A DNA stretch of 63,701 bases, filler included, from Chiloscyllium plagiosum (GCF_004010195.1; 4 parts of one record of this genome joined end to end with filler, not necessarily neighbours in it); one strand, 5' to 3'. Numbered from the whole stretch's first letter, positions 25,301 through 37,699 are shown. Translations and numbers: made by a program. The notes: generated by a model not told the origin, from the sequence alone.

Positions 25301-26160
25301 ATGGTCTCCCACATCATTGATGGGTTGCTAGCCATACCTAAATTAATTTCTAAAAAAGTTTTAAATTCTTGAGAGAAGTGATTTACAAATTTACTATCTT
25401 TCATCAGGAAGGGGTCCATACGCCAATGTCGAGGGGATGTCCCGTTGTTCCTCGCCTTGATTTCCAAATATACAGCAGCGTGGTCGGAAATTGCTATACT
25501 ACCTATTTTACAGGATGATATGGAATTTAAAAATATCGAGGGGGCGAAAAACATATCAATTCTGGTATGACATTTATGTGGATTGGAATAAAAAGAAAAA
25601 TTTCTGCCCTGTGGATGAAGACCTCTCCATAAATCTACTAATCCTAATTCTTTGTTCAGATCCACCAATTGTCTAGATCTGGGAGATACTCCTGCAGTAC
25701 TCTTGGGAATCCTATCTATTTCCGGATCCATGATACAATTAAAGTCTCCCCCTATAATTTTATGACGGGCACCAAGAGCCATCAATTTTGAGAAGGCTTC
25801 CGTTATAAATTTGAAGGGATGTGCTGGGGGGGCAGTACAGATTTAAAATCCCATATTCCTCTCCATTTATAAGGACTTTAATCAGAATATATCGTCCAGA
25901 TTCGTCTTTTATCTGATATTGGATTTTAAAAGGGAAATTCTTCTGAATAAGAATAACAACTCCCCTACTTTTTGAGCTAAAAGCAGAAAAAAAGGCCTGA
26001 TCAAATCCACCCTGTTGTAATTAAGTGTTCTTTATCCAATAAGTGTGTCTCCTGTAGGAGAGCTATATCAATCTTTTCTTTCTGGAGATTTTCTTCCTTT
26101 TGACTGACGAATTACTCCCCTTGACATTCCAGGTGCACCACTTAACCAACTGATCAAATA
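22397..26160 (-). pseudogene. L1 ORF2 (APE endonuclease, reverse transcriptase, CPKC Cys region), frameshifted
   Basis: WNVKG, GGDFN, SDH, KAPGPNG, QGCPLSPLLF, LYADD and CPKC motifs spread over several frames; ends YKIWQPFLNY..RAFI*. Confidence 0.9.
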
Positions 26161-26631
26161 TAATCGTCCGGGCAAATCCGAGACCCCTCGGGAAGGGAAA
26201 CCCTATCCAAAATATCCCGTGCATAGAGCATATAAAATTCACAAAAATAAACGCTCTCTAATACACTCGCAACAGTATAATACAAAACTATTTCTAAATA
26301 ATAAAAAAAAAATTTAAATGGAGATTTTCCCCCTTGTTCCCAGGGGGTGTCACTTCCTTTCCAAAGGTCCATCGTATCCTCTCCCAACCGATGCCCCACC
26401 TTTGACCCAGGCGCTCCTCAATAGGATAAGGAGAATTCAGGTATAATACAAAGCTAGAGTTAACAGTGAGCACCCTACCCCCACCTCTCCTACCCACCCA
26501 CACCAACACCTGGATATGTTTGGTAATGTTAATACCATGTGTAAACATATATAACTATAAAATTACAACCTCAACAAATAATAATTAAATATAATAATAC
26601 AAAATAACAAGGGAAAAACATCCATTATCTC

Positions 26632-27463
26632 TTACAATTTATCTAAGAGAGTCCAAAAATTCTTTAGCCTTTTCCCGCGATCCGAAGTTATACACGGATC
26701 CTTCATGGTTAAAGCGTAGCGTAAGGAGTACTGAATATTTAAGTCCCTTAAACACTTCTTCGCCTCATCGAATGCCTTCCTCTTTTGGACCAGAGCTGGG
26801 GAAAAGTCCTGAAATAACATAATCTTGGATCCTTTATAGATAATGGCTTGGGAATCTTTTCCAAGATTTCTAGAGGCTTCTAGGAGTATCTGCCTCTCCT
26901 TATAGCTCTGCAGCCAGAACAGGACCGGGCGGGGGGGCTGGTTCGAGCGGGGCCTGCGTATTGCTACCCGGTAGGCCCATTCCACCCTTACCCGGCCTGA
27001 TCCAGCCTCCAGATTTAAAAGCTGTGGCAGCCACTGCTCGAGGAACGCTGTAAGTTGGCTCTCTTTATCCCGTTCGGGATGGGCCAGCAAACGAATATTT
27101 TTTCGACGACCTCGATTATCGAGGTCATCAATGTGATTCTCTAAGGTCCGGACCCGATCCTCGGTCGATTGCGCTGTAGTTTCGGAGGTCGCGGCCTTTA
27201 GCTCTGCCCCTCCGACTCGACGCTTGATTTCTTTAATGTCTCGGTCGTGCTTTTGCAGCGCGACCGAGAGTGAGTTCCATCGACTTCGGGATTCTTCAAT
27301 AAAAGCGTCGCTCTTCACATCCAGTTTAGAGATCATTTCCACGAGGCTTGCCACCGTAGGCAAGTCCCCCAGGGCGGCTGCGGACGCCTCTGCTGCAGCT
27401 GGAGAGGGTGGGGGAGGGGGTTCCTGCTTGCTGAGAGCTGTGGGCTCCCTTCCCTTTGGTCAT
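26632..27463 (-). pseudogene. L1 ORF1 (coiled coil + Transposase_22/RRM-type), frameshifted
   Basis: ATG at 27463 (MTKGKG), frameshift in a C-run, then coiled-coil and LDNRGRRKNIRL..AYRV..PRPVL..FQDFS..RKAF motifs. Confidence 0.85.
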
Positions 27464-28807
27464 TTTTACTAAAGATTAGATTGTTTAAATTTAATACTAA
27501 GCAACTAATTAAATTAAACAGCAATTTTAAATGATTTGGTGTGTGTGGTGGGGGTGGGTGGCCCACTTTGCCCAAGTCTTGGGAGGAGCACTATAGACTC
27601 AGCCTTGTTGGGTCGCCGCCATCTTGGATCCCCCTAGACAGGGATATTTAATACCCATAGGCAAGTAGGGCTCATTTGCATTCCAGCTGGCTGATCTGAA
27701 AGTACAAGAGTTGTAGGCCTAGTCTGGCAGTAGTGACAAGAACCAACAAGAGCGATAAATCTACTTCATCCTCAACAATCTGCCCATCACCGATACATTA
27801 GTTCCTTATAGGAATAGTACTGATTACTGCATATGCTTAGAGAAGACTAATTCCTAATTGTTGTGTGTATGACCATCATACTAAATTGGATTAATTCCAA
27901 ATAGATAGAATTGTTCAAAATTGGGAAACCATGAGTTTGAGAGTCTTCAATCCCAATCTACAGTTGCATTGCCTGGCACATCCTCCACTCTACCATTATT
28001 GTCAGACTGGGAAATCAGCCGTAATTCAGAGATGTGTGGACCGTACATCAAGGACAGCACCAAGCTTACCTAACATTGAGAAACCAACAGGGTGAAGCTA
28101 CAACACATGACTAGAGGCATGTTAAAGAGAAAGCAACATGCTGCAGACAAAACTAAATGATCCCACAAATGATGGTTCAGGCTATTGTTCTGCAGTCCAC
28201 CATATCTAGCTCTGAATGGTAATGGAAAGTTGAACAGTTAACAGGAGAAGAATGAATTGGGAACTCAGCTTATCAGTGCAACAGACAAGAAAGAAGTGTT
28301 TGGGGCCATCTTCACCCAGAAGTGGATAATTCATGTCATCCTTCACCTGAAGTTCCCAGCATCATAGATACTAGTCTACAGCCAACTCTGTTCACTCCCC
28401 ATGCTACCAAGAAACAAGTGAAGGGACTGGAAAGGCTCTCTGTGATGTCAACATTCTGGTTTTAGTACTGAAGACTTGTGTGCAGGAAATAACTGTGCCC
28501 CAGGTCAGACTGTTCCAGTACAGTTGCACCAGTAGCATTTTTTCTGAATGTGAAAAATTTATATACATCATGTCCACAAAAAAGGTAGGATGAATCTAAT
28601 CTGGCCAATTACGGCTCCATCAACCTTCTATTGATAATCGGAGAAGTAATGCAGTTTTTATTGACGATGTTATCAAGTAGCACTTATTCATCAATACCTT
28701 GCTTATGGATGCTCAGTTTGAGTCCACCTTGGCTGCAGTCTACGTAAGAACCTCTATCCATGCAGAAAAGTTAAATTTTAGAGATGAAAGCCCCCACTTT
28801 AAAGTAA

Positions 28808-28965
28808 TTTTTATCTCAAAATGTACTTTATTCATAAAAATATCTTTATACACATATATGGTCTCTAAAGCAATTTGCTTCTGCACAGTAACAGCATGTA
28901 GTCCTTGGACTGTGCCAGTCTGCAACACTTGCTCGAGGTCAATTCCTTCCTCTGGAAATCAGTAG
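28808..28965 (-). mobile_element. Tx1-like LINE 3' fragment
   Basis: FQRKELTSSKCCRLAQSKDYML resembles the Tx1-type ORF2 C-terminus, followed by AATAAA and an A-rich end. Confidence 0.5.
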
Positions 28966-31088
28966 GTGTTGGATAGACCAAAGTGTTTTTCAGAGTTGTC
29001 AACAAAGTAATCCGCAGGCTTCTATCCAAGCTTATTTGCAAAGATTGACAAAGTGATGGGTCAGAAGGACTCCAGAGGAGACTGAGCAATTCTGTGAAAT
29101 ACTTCAGATGTTGTGAATGTGTTCAACACAAACATGTAATTACTAAAATGCAGCCTTGCTAGTCTATGGGAGGCACGTTTGAGGTGATGGTCTTGCGTGC
29201 ATGTGTGACTGTTATTTTTAAAAAAGCTAACTTATACCTATTCTCTTGTGCCAATTTAAATGTGTCTCGGAAAGTAATGCTTTCCTTTTGCCATAGCAAC
29301 AAGTTTAATGGAGCGGTCATGATTGACAATATCATCTTCTGTATGAGTCCAAATAAATAAAGACAAACACAGATTACATATTACCTTCTATGACTGCATC
29401 ACCTGATAAAGGAGTTAATGAGAATGGTGAGGCAAAGAAACCTGGGAAATTTAGAAAGGAGCACTCATTGCCATCTAGATGGGCACAAATTGGAAGATGG
29501 AAGTGTGAGATATTGAATTCTAGGTCCCTTCACTAACCCACTCTCAAACACTCTGTTTATTCATTCATAACTCCTTTACTAACCTACTCACAAGCGAACA
29601 ATGGGTTGCGGATTCATTCATAAAATGCAGTTCTGCAGTATATTTTACTATCATAAGGTAGACTAAATTAAAACAACCCTTTCTAATCAAAACAATCCTT
29701 TCAAACCCATTACTGCATTTTCATACCTTATCAGCCCTTGCTATAAGCAGTGTTTAGGTTAATTTACCTCTGAATAAGTGGAGTGTATTCAGAACAATAC
29801 CAATCCCACCATCATGTCTCCACAAAAGATTATAATATTAACCAACCCTTACCAATTGTCTGTTGGACATGAATAGATTACAGAACACCAAATATTTTCC
29901 CCAATTAGTATATATTTGTTAGATACCTTTTTTTAAACTGGGCCGTTATCCCTTTAAGAAACTAACTGTCAAAACAGCACTTAAGTGAAATTGCGAGCGA
30001 GTGAAACTCTCACCGGCAAATAATGAACAAATCTCTCAACCTAGCTGCAGTAAACAGTTTAATATCCTTTTATTTTTAGTACAGATAATTTCTAACTTAT
30101 TTAGAGCATTTATGCCTAATATTTTATACTAACATTTACCAACTAAAACATAGAAGGACTAACACCACTTAATTATGCAAGCAGGTAGGTTTACAAGGTC
30201 TGTCTTATCAGGAGTAGCAGCCGGCATTTAGCACATGGTTAATCCATCTCCTGTTTTCCGACAGAAACCCCTCAAACCTATGTGTTCTATACATAAAATA
30301 GCCTAACACAATAGGAATGGAATTTTAATATATGTAAGAACTGTGTACAAAAAGGCTATTGTAAGAATTGTATTTTGGGATTCTATAGCCACCTTGAACT
30401 TGTGGTACTGTGGCTGCTGAATAAAGAGACTATTTCATCACTTACTGATTTCTGTTCTTATTTGAACATGATCCCTCAGAAGCATATTCAAAGACTTTTC
30501 AGAGTAAAGGAAGTTTGGAGATGTGACAATTTACAAGAGTAGAGGGATCATGGGTAGGTTTTTAAGATAGCAGATTTGACCTGAATTAGACAGAAACTGA
30601 CAAGGAATATTTTTAAAATGTGTAAATGTAAAATTATTGCCAAAAGAGCATTCTGAGAAGTTAGGAATGTCGTAACAGACACAATGAATATAATCTGGAG
30701 TTTTCCAATAAAATTGGGGGCTTTCCAAGAAAAGTGGATGCTAAATGTTTGAAAGAAAAACCTTGATTTTTGAAGTCCCTGTTTTGGGTAAATGTAATGC
30801 ATTTTTTTTTTGCCCACAGCAAGTTGATTTTGGTGAATGACAATTTGTTTTCAGGAGAATTACTCTTTCAGTCGAACATTGAATATTATGAAGGTTCACA
30901 AGACCGTATGTTTATAAACATAATTATAAACAGAAATAGAACATTTGGACCCTTTCATCTGCTGTGCCATTCAGTAAGATCATAGCTGATCTGGGTTTTG
31001 ATTTGCGCATTTCTGTCTACTCCCAATAATCTTTTGATTTCCTTGCCTGATAAGAATTCATCCATCTCTGCCTTTAAAAATTCAATTC

Positions 31089-31768
31089 TGAAGATCTGGA
31101 CCCTGGTGGGGTGGGGGTGTCCCTCTGTTCCATGATCGGTCTGGTTCTTTAAGACTTCATTCTTTATTTCTTCATATGGCAGGCACAGAGCATCCGGAAA
31201 AACAGAGGTTATGTACTTCCGTATTCTTTGGAGGAGCTGCACACATGGCTTAACACAAAGACATTTTGATACGTTTCTTAAAGGAGGGCATAGGCCATGA
31301 TCGTATAGTACCTTCAAACAATTGCCAATCAATACATGATACTGCTTTATTTGACAGTTACTTGGTTCCCAGGAAATATCATTGGACTAACTTTATTTTC
31401 CAACACCCTATCTCACTGACCGAGCCATTGCACCTGCATCTGAAGGTCGGTTAGGATGGCCAGTAAGGTCTTAACTAGTTGAGTTATTTCTTTGCTTTAA
31501 AGGGTGCATTGTCTGCTAATCTCTATTGAAGCAGACAGTAGTTAGTCACCAATGCAGCTTTAGCAGAATTGTCAGTTTGCAGCCTAGAAGCCATTTTGTC
31601 ATGTTATTTGCATCGAGAAGCCATCTTGTTGCCACCTAAGTTATTAAGAGCATCTGTTAAATGGTTGCCCCTGACAAGGACTAGTCACCTCAGCCTGTAT
31701 TCTGCTTTCAGATCCTCAATTACATTGCCTGCACCGCTTTGAGGCAGACACTGCTTAAATGTCATGCA
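31089..31768 (-). mobile_element. Probable solo LTR inserted in a CR1 3' end
   Basis: Minus strand runs TGCA...TTCA with AATAAA ~75 nt before the end. It interrupts a minus-strand CR1 tail (30930-31088, resuming ~31770). TSD poorly preserved. Confidence 0.45.
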
Positions 31769-32365
31769 ACCTCTTGAAAGGGAGAATTGATCCTCATTCC
31801 TGTCCTAAAAGGGCAACTTCTTAGACCGTAAAGTCATAAAATATAGGAGCAGAAGTAGAGCATTCAGCCTCTTAATTCTGCTGTGCCATTCAGTGATATC
31901 ATGGCAGATCTGATAATCCTCAACTCTACTTACATGTCTCTTCCCCACAACCCTTAATTCCCTTTATTGATTAAAAATCTATCTAAACCTTCAGTGCACC
32001 TAATGACCTGGCCTTTGCAGCCCTCTGTAGTAAAGAATTCTACAGATTGACTACACCTCATTTATGTCCTAACTGGGCACCATTCACTTTCTTGTAAGCC
32101 TTAATTTTTCTGGTTAACTGGGGTTGTCTCATTCCCTTTCAAGAATCCTCTTTTCTCACTGGATTATATCTTTGAGCCATAAACCATTTTCCTAAATATT
32201 TGCCATTATTCCTCAACTCGTCTTTGCTGCTAAACTCCTTTCCCAGTCCATTCTAGCTAGCTCTGTCCTCTTTCCTATGTAAATACCCTTCATTAAGTTT
32301 AGCTGCTTCTGATCCAAGTTTCTCCCTCTCAAACTGAATGCTAAATTCTACCATGTATGGTTGTT

Positions 32366-32481
32366 AGGAGAAAGTGAGGGCTGCAGATGCTGGAGATCAG
32401 AGCTGAACAAATGTGTTGCTGGAAAAGCGCAGCAGGTCAGGCAGCAGGAGAATCGACGTTTCAGGCATAAGCCCTCATTCC
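32366..32481 (-). mobile_element. PLE-derived terminal fragment
   Basis: AGGAGAAAGTGAGG..GGAAAAGCGCAGCAGGTCAGGCAGC..GAATCGACGTTTCAGGCATAAGCCC; the hammerhead core is deleted. Confidence 0.7.
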
Positions 32482-32619
32482 AATCTATATGAAGCTTAAG
32501 GTTACCCATGATTGCTGCATTGCTACAGTTAGTGTATAGCTACTGTTAGGGAGGTGCTACACACCTAATAGTGTCATCTTCACAGCGTTATTTCTTACCT
32601 CTATCCATACAGATTCTAA

Positions 32620-33920
32620 TTGGGCAAGTTGTTGGAGGGAATACTGAGGGACTGGATTTACACATATTTGGAAAGGCAAGGACTGATCAGGAATAGTCAG
32701 CATGTCGCTGTGTGTGGGAAGTCATGACTTGATTGAGTGTTTTTTTTGAAGAAGTAACAAAGAAGATTGAGGGTAGAGCAGTGGACGTGATCCACATGGA
32801 CTTCAGTGAGGTGTTTGGCAAGGTTAGATCACATGGAACACAGGGAGAGCTAGCCATTTGGATACAGAACTGGCTCAAAGGTAGAAGACAGAAGGTGGTG
32901 GTGGAGGCCTGTGATCAGTGGTGTCGCACAAGGATTGGTGCTGGGTCCACTGTTTTTCATCATTGATATTGACTATTTGGATGTGAACATGGGAGGTACA
33001 GTTAGCAACTTTGTAGATGACACCAAAATTGGAGGTGCAGTGAACAGTGAAGAACGTTACCTCAGAATACAACGGGATCCAATGGTCTGAGGAGTGGCAG
33101 ATGGAGCTTACTTTAGATAAATGTGAGGTGCTACATTTTGGAAAGGCAAATCCGAGCAGGACTTATACGGTTAATGGTAGGATCCTGGGGAATGTTGCTG
33201 AACAAAGAGACCTTGGAATGCAGGTTCATAGTTCCTTGAAAGTGGAGCTTCGGATAGAATAGGATTGTGAAGATTATGTTTGGTATGCTTTTCTTTATTG
33301 GTCAGAGCATTGAGTTTAGGAGTTGGGAGATCATGTTGCAGCTGTACATGACATTGGTTAGATCACTGTTAGAATATTGTGTGCAATTCTGGTCTCCTTC
33401 CTGTTGGAAGGATGTTGTGATACTTGAAAGGGTTCAGAAAAGATTTACAAGGATGTTGCCAGAGTTGGAGGATTTGCGCTATAGGGAGAGGCTAAATAGG
33501 CTGGGGTTGTTTTCCCTGGAGCTTCGGAGGTTGAGGGATGACCTTTATAGAGGTTTATAAAATCATGAGGGGCATGGATTGGGTAAATAGCCACGGTCTT
33601 TTTCCTGGGTTGGGGGAGTCCAGAACCTAGAAGACATATGTTTAGGGTGAGAGAGAAAAGATTTAAAGGGTCCTAACAGACAATGTTTTCACAGCGGGTG
33701 GTGTATGTATGGAATGAGCTGCCAGATAAAATGATGGAGGCTGGTATTTTTAGATCATTTAAAAAGGCATCTGCATCAGCGTACATGAATAGGAAGGGTT
33801 TAGAGGGATATGGGCCAAGTCTTGGCAAATGGGACTAGATTAGTGTAGGATACCTGGTTGGCATAGACAAATTGGACTAAAGGGTCTGTTTCCATGCTGT
33901 ATATCTCTAAGACTCTATAA
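32620..33920 (+). mobile_element. CR1/HER1 LINE RT to 3' end
   Basis: AVDVIHMDFS, FVDDTKIGG and LEYCVQFWSP..LERVQKRFTRMLP motifs, with a HER1-type tail. Confidence 0.9.
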
Positions 33921-34497
33921 CTACCCTGTAATGCTGCCATTTCCTTTTGCTTTGCAACCCTACATTTCCCCCCTCATAATGATCCACTCCCTGCTTTTTA
34001 ATGATGTTTTAACTTGCTAATTGGTATTCCATTTTGGATACAGATGAGGATGATGTTTCCTCTGTAAAGTACAAATGGTATGGCAGAGCAATAGCAATAA
34101 GGACAAGACAAGTGTTTTTGAACTGTTGATGTGACTTGGAGTTATGTTGCCTTCCTGGCAAAAGATGTTTTGGAACAGCTGCAGTGCATTATTCTGAGAA
34201 GGGATGTTCCGCCAGAGGTCGTGGTCCATGTTAGTACAAATGACTTTAGATTTCAGGGATGCAACCATTATATCTAAAACATTAGACTCAGGTTTAGTAT
34301 TTGCGACTCGGAGTAATGACCACAGAAATCAGAGAATTGAGTGATTGGAAAGCTAGTCTAAGAAAGTGGACATCAAACTTGCAGGGCAATGGGACTTCCC
34401 ATGGGGAAGGTGGGACCTGAACAGGAGTGGAAGAAAAATCCTCACAGGCTAATTCTGTTTGGGAGGATTTGAACTGAATTGACGGGATGGGCACATG

Positions 34498-35290
34498 GAG
34501 TCATAAGAGTCGCGCAGCACAGAAACGGACTGTTTGGTCCAATGAGTCTATACAGAATATAAACCCAAACTAAACTAGTTCCATGTGCCTGCTCCTGGTC
34601 AATGTTCCTTCAAACTATTCCTATTAATGCATTTATCTAAATGTCTTTTGAATGTTGTGACTGTGCCCGGGTCCACCACTTCGTCCGGAAGTTCATTATA
34701 CATGTGAGCCGTCCTGTGTTTAAAGAAAACCTTGTCCTTCATGGCTTTTTAAAATCTCTTTCCTCTGACCTTAAGAATGTGCCCCCCAGTCTTGAAATCC
34801 CTCAACCTGGAGAAAAGACACCTACCATTAATCATATCTGTACTCCTCAAGATTTTATAAATCTCTATAAGCTCACCTTTCAATCTCCTATGTTCCAGTG
34901 GAAAACACAGTGGAGAGTTTACAATTGATTTTCATAATTGCAAATTTCCTCAGGATCCTTGATGTCATCCTCAGTCACATACTGCCTTGATATCTCACTC
35001 TTAATCTGAGCCCCTGTGTTACCTCTTTTGTTTATATCAGTAGGTCATGGTGTTGGACCCTTTCTTTCTAACTGAAACCTTTCATACCTGGCAACGTCCT
35101 GGTAAAGCTTAAAAATGTGTTGCTGGAAAAGCGCAGCAGGTCAGGCAGCATCAAAGGAACAGGAGAATTGATGTTTCGGGCATAAGCCCTTCTTCAGGAA
35201 CACATTTTTAAGCCCTGATCTCCAGCATCTTCAGTCCTCACTTTCTCCTAACATCCTGGTAAATCTCTTCTGAACCCTCTCAAGCTTAAT
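34498..35290 (-). mobile_element. CR1 LINE 3' end (fragmented)
   Basis: Reverse-strand CR1 tail and RVQKRFTRML motif, split by a PLE insertion. Confidence 0.65.
35107..35249. mobile_element. PLE-derived insertion with inverted segments and 14-bp TSD
   Basis: Minus-strand hammerhead-bearing arm, then a plus-strand ..CTCACTTTCTCCT end. TSD AACGTCCTGGTAAA (35093-106) / AACATCCTGGTAAA (35250-63). Confidence 0.8.
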
Positions 35291-35654
35291 AATAATATCT
35301 TGAAGACAAATTCAGATCGGAAAATAGAAATTTAGTGAGTTACTCTTAAAGATGGAAGAAGCAGACATAAAACATTGGCAACGTTGTGGCTGTACAGGAT
35401 GTTGGTTAGGCCACTTTTGGAATATTGTGTGCGCAATACTGGATCCCCTCCTCTCGGAATGATCTTGTGAAACTTGAAAGGGTTCCGAAAATATAAACAA
35501 GGATGTTGCCAGGGTTTGTGGGTTTGAGCTATAAGGAGAGGCTGTTTTTCCTGGAGCTTCAGAGGCTGAGGGTTGACCTTCTAGAGATTTACAAAATCAT
35601 AAGGGGCATGGATAGGATAAATAGATAACGTCCTGAAGATAACATCTTCAGGAT

Positions 35655-37092
35655 GGTATTGGACCTCAAGAAAGAGACTTTGTAGAGTGCCTCAGAGATA
35701 GATTCTTAGAGCAGCTGGTGCTGGAGCCGACCAGGGAGAAGACAATTCTGGATCTGGTATTGTGTAACGAACCAGAATTGGTCAGAGACCTCGAAGTGAA
35801 GGAGCCATTGGGAAGTAGTGACCATAATACATTAAGCTTCAATCCGCAATTTGAGAGGGAGAGGGTACAGTCGGAAGTGACAGTACTTCTGTTGAATAAA
35901 GGGAACTATGGAGCTATGAGGGAGGAGCTGGCCAAAGTTCAATGGTGCAATACCTTAGCAGGGATGACCATGGAGGAGCAATGGCGGATATTTCTGTGTA
36001 TAATGCAGAAGTTGCAGGATCAGTTCATTCCTAAAAGGAAGAAAGATCCCAGGAGGAGGCATGGGCGGCCATGGCTGATGAGGGAAGATAAGAAACATAT
36101 AAAGTTAAAAGAGAAAAAGTATAACATAGCAAAGATAAGTGGAAAAACTGAGGACTGGGAAGCTTTTAAAGAGCAACAGAGGATTACTAAGAAGGAAATA
36201 CGCAGAAGAAAAAGGAGGTACGAAGGTAAACTGGCCAAGAATATAAAGGAGGATAGTAAAAGCTTTTTTAAGTATGTGCAAGGCAAAAAATGGTTAGGAC
36301 TAAAATTGGGCCCTTGAAGACAGAAACAGGGGAATATATTACGAGGAACAAAGAAATGGCAGAGGAATTAAAAGGGTACTTCAGATCTGTGTTCACTGGG
36401 GAAGACACAAGCAATCTCCCTGAGGTAACAGTGGCTGAAGGACCTGAACTTAAGGGAATTTATATTTGCCAAGATTTGGTGTTGGAGAGACTGTTAGGCC
36501 TGAAGGTTGATAAGTCNNNNNNNNNNNNNNNNNNNNNNNNNNNNNNNNNNNNNNNNNNNNTTAATTAATTAANNNNNNNNNNNNNNNNNNNNNNNNNNNN
36601 NNNNNNNNNNNNNNNNCGAGGTCAATTCCTGGAATGGCTGGACTACCTTACGCTGAAAGACTGGAGCGATTGGGCTTGTATACCCTTGAGTTTAGAAGAC
36701 TGTGAGGGGATCTGATTGAGACATATAAGATTATTAAAGGTTTGGACACTCTGGAGGCAGGAAACATGTTTCCGCTGATGGGTGAGTGCTGAACCAGAGG
36801 ACACAGCTTAAAAATATGGGGTAGACCATTTAGGACAGAGATGAGGAGAAACTTCTTCACCCAGAGAGTGGTGGCTGTGTAGAATGCTCTGCCCCAGAGG
36901 GCAATGGAGGCCCAGTCTCTGGATTCATTTAAGAAAGAGTTAGATAGAGCTCTCAAAGATAGTGGAATCAAGGGTTATGGAGATAAGGCAGGAACAGGAT
37001 ACTGATTAAGGATGATCAGCCATGATCATGTTGAATGGCGGTGCAGACTCGAAGGGCTAAATGGCCTACTCCTGCACCTATTGTCTATTGTC
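35655..37092 (+). mobile_element. Young CR1 LINE ORF2 (EN C-terminus to 3' end) spanning a gap
   Basis: 199-aa ORF EPTREKTILDLVL..PLGSSDH..SKSFFKYV. After the gap: RNFFTQRVV and a 3' tail with CTATTGT repeats. Confidence 0.9.
36517..36616. other. Scaffold gap with TTAATTAATTAA linker
   Basis: N run with linker. Confidence 0.95.
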
Positions 37093-37119
37093 TATATCTG
37101 TTTGATAATTCATCGATTC

Positions 37120-37466
37120 ATCATAGAATCCCTACAGTGTGGAAACAGACCATTCGGCCCAACAAGTCCACACTGACCCTTGGAAGAGTATCCCACCCAG
37201 ACACATTCACCCACCTGATTATTCTACATTTCCCATGACTAATACACCTAACCTACATACCCCTGAACACTATGGGCAATTTAGCATGGCCAATTCACTT
37301 AACCTGCACATCTTTGGACTGTGGCAGGAAACCAGAACATCTGGTGGAAACCCACGCAAACACGGGGAGAATGTGCAAACTCCACACAGTCATCCAAGGG
37401 TGGAATCGAACCTGGGTCCCTGGCACTGTGAGGCAACAGTGTTAACCACAGCCACCATGCTGCCCC
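37120..37466 (-). mobile_element. HE1-type SINE
   Basis: Reverse of the tRNA head (GGTTCGATTCC B-box) and the HE1 core/tail. Confidence 0.85.
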
Positions 37467-37699
37467 TTCTATGGTAACTTGTGTTGATTCTAAGTTTTAA
37501 AGTGGTTATCTAAGACAGTATTACTGATAAATGTCACATTATCAAAGTACCAAAGTAAAGGGAAAATTTGCTTGTACCGTAGGAGGGGAAGAATAGGGGC
37601 AATTTCTCTTTTGCATTTAGTTTGTTTGAATCTGTCATTGAAAAATGTCTTCTGTTTTAAACTGAGGTCATGTGGTTCCATCCAGTGGCATTTGACTTT

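Larger units (their letters stand above)
22013..27634 (-). mobile_element. Full-length (5.6 kb) decayed L1 retrotransposon
   Basis: 5' end GGGGGATCCAAGATGGCGGC, ORF1, ORF2 (EN+RT+Cys-rich), AATAAA (22029-34) and a short poly(A). TSD TAGACAGGGAT at 22002-12 and 27635-45. Confidence 0.95.
20130..28730 (+). mobile_element. Old LINE (APE endonuclease to RT) split by a CR1 and an L1 insertion
   Basis: Remnants TI.GY.LSH..DR (20140-20235), HVKHGQENIL (21895-22000), EPTR..N.LH..L.NLP (27740-27790), ARHI.HSTI (27970) and NLANY.SINLL (28600) are collinear across the insertions. Confidence 0.55.

Noticed and set aside
28995..29140. Possible MRPS9 exon after TTTTTCAG
   Set aside because: Stops occur in all three frames, there is no uS9m similarity, and it adjoins a Tx1-like fragment.
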